Of a stretch of DNA of 64,000 bases, positions 62,201-64,000 are shown piece by piece; the first letter of the stretch is position 1, and each line of letters begins with the position of its first letter. The position numbers and the translations under genes are program-made. The notes under the pieces were generated by a model. It saw nothing but the letters and a program-made list of their open reading frames with translations, searched no databases and was not told where the DNA came from. This stretch comes from Haplodiscus bocki (Eukaryota), in assembly GCA_965655095.1 (NCBI GenBank), contig OZ296651.1:40858001-40922000 (forward strand). Direction: 5' to 3'.

Positions 62201-64000
62201 GATTCAGTAGCAACCGACCTTAGTAGAACCCGATTCAGAATAACACCATGGAAAAAAACAGAATGACAAAACAATCCGACTGATCTCATTCGTCAGCAAA
62301 TAATTGAAATGAACGAGAAAAACCACTGGGTGCGGGAGTTAGAAACAATTGCGGTGCTTCAGGGACTACAGAAGTGTATCTATAATCCAACCATGAAGCA
62401 TCAGAACCATTAACAAAACGCAGCCGAGAGTACCGACATTACAGCCCACTATTAACGAGATGGCTTGACAGATTAGCGCATTTAAAATGTTAAAATGCGC
62501 TAATCTGTCAAGCCAACACACAACCCGAAACAATTCAAAATTCATAGAGTATTCGAGAAAGCATTCAGTAGAAAACGCATCCACTGGAGCAATTTACGAA
62601 GAGATTGTCAATATTAGCCTCATAGATTTACTGAAACGAGATTACAAGTACGGACGAAGGTAAAACGAAAATCAAAAATTTCGATCGACCAGCCATTCAG
62701 ATAACATGGTTTTAACGACGATCCGAAAACTAACCGAAAAAATTGAACTTGGGAAGATATTCATTTCGGAATTTGAGCCAAAAGATTTCACAAGCGAACG
62801 TATGCGAACAATCAAATTATTTTAACAATGAAAAAATCGAAGGGGTAGCGGATTATTCGAACTCAACTGTGAAAAAACAAAAAGAGAAAAGAACTCGAGT
62901 CTGTCTGGGAAGCCGAAAACAGCAATATGATACCATCCATCGCGACTTTCCCAATTGTTGTTGTGAAAGATTATGATATCACAGCAAGAACTCTACATTA
63001 TATTCAAATCATGCGACAGGAACCAAAACTGGAAAACATCGAGTTGGCAAAGAACCTCAAGAAAACAGAACTCAATATCAAGCTGGATTTGAAGACCCTG
63101 ATACATAAAACTTCGGATGATTCAAAACTGCCGCACCTAAAGATTTGCATTCGCAACAACCAAAACGTGCCGGCGAGGAATTTTTCAGGTTTTCAATGAA
63201 TGAACCAAACGTTTCAGATCAATATTTGCAGTGATAAAATTGTCATACCAGAGGAATTGAAGAAATAAGTAGTGGACGCACTACACATCGGAAACTCCGG
63301 GGCTACACAAAATGTTCGCTGAAAGCAACATTTTGGCAATCCGGTATACGGAGAGACATCGAGAAGTAAAACTTGCACAGCATGCACGAGTTCCGGTAAA
63401 AGTTTACAGTACCAATTACCGTCAGCCGAGAAAACTAATTTACCGGTACCAACGGAACCCGGAAAAAAACAAACTGATTTTTCTTGGAAATATACATAAT
63501 AGAACCGTTGCCGGTGAACCGTATATTCTTATCGCAAAAGATAGATACAAACGGCCTGTAATTCGGAAATGTAAATCAACGGAAACAAAAGAATTTATTG
63601 ACCTTCTGCGAAGCTTCATTACCTCGTATGGAATTCCGGAGAAAAAAATTAGACCGATGAGCGCATTTACACCGCAAGAATAAAAAACTTTTGTAATAAG
63701 AAAAACTTCAGAATCCAATACAGCCCACAAACACTGCATAGCGGTACAGGGGTGATAGCGCCACAAGACTCTAAAAAATTGATGATAGCTAAACTAGAAG
63801 ACAAGCTCTGCTTTACCGAAAGTGTAAACCGAGCATTGAGGGTAACCCGGTTCGCCAAACACACCAGATTAAAAGCAACACCATTCCAATTATCTCTTGG
63901 TAGGAAATCGAGTTGACTGACAGAATCAAAGATAACAAAAGTGGTCTATTCGATTGGACGAAAATGAAAACTTCAGTGGCACCAACGGATCCCCAAATAC
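59274..64000 (+). mobile_element. Decayed Ty3/Gypsy LTR retrotransposon (probable 5' LTR 59274-59672, gag-pol to integrase), truncated by the window end
   Basis: TG...CA block followed by a degenerate PBS (TTGCGACC); RT FKRGFYKLSDILTIFQEKID (~61703-61762); RNase H ELET..VL (~62335); integrase PYILIAKDRY...YGIPEK (63312..63683). Confidence 0.85.

Noticed and set aside
397-63864. Most 60-130 aa ORFs in the supplied track
   Set aside because: They are antisense or off-frame shadows of real exons and TE genes, or chance ORFs with non-ATG starts in AT-rich DNA.

Overview
AT-rich eukaryotic (animal-type) genomic DNA with GT-AG introns and a heavy load of decayed transposons. It is not prokaryotic, and I cannot assign a species. 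Host genes, all on the minus strand: a complete 4-exon p24-alpha (TMED4/9-like) gene at 11.9-15.7 kb, a 5-exon gene for a Ser/Thr-rich protein of about 759 aa at 23.5-30.1 kb, and the last exon of a probable ZC3H18-like gene at 56.7-57.0 kb. The centrepiece is a 15.8-kb Ty3/Gypsy-type endogenous retrovirus (33771-49551, minus strand; LTRs about 95% identical, PBS, PPT, gag, pol, env). It carries unusual cargo: a TARG1/OARD1-like ADP-ribose hydrolase macrodomain downstream of integrase, an antisense JmjC-like dioxygenase gene, two paralogous unknown accessory genes and a dUTPase-like insert. It appears to sit inside a decayed Polinton/Maverick-type DNA polymerase gene. Also present: two other decayed Gypsy elements, Tc1-like relics, MITE- and tRNA-derived repeats, and an unexplained region of about 4 kb (17.5-21.5 kb) with an intact orphan ORF, stacked repeats and a TATA+Inr promoter. 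All homology calls are by eye from remembered family motifs; no database search was run.
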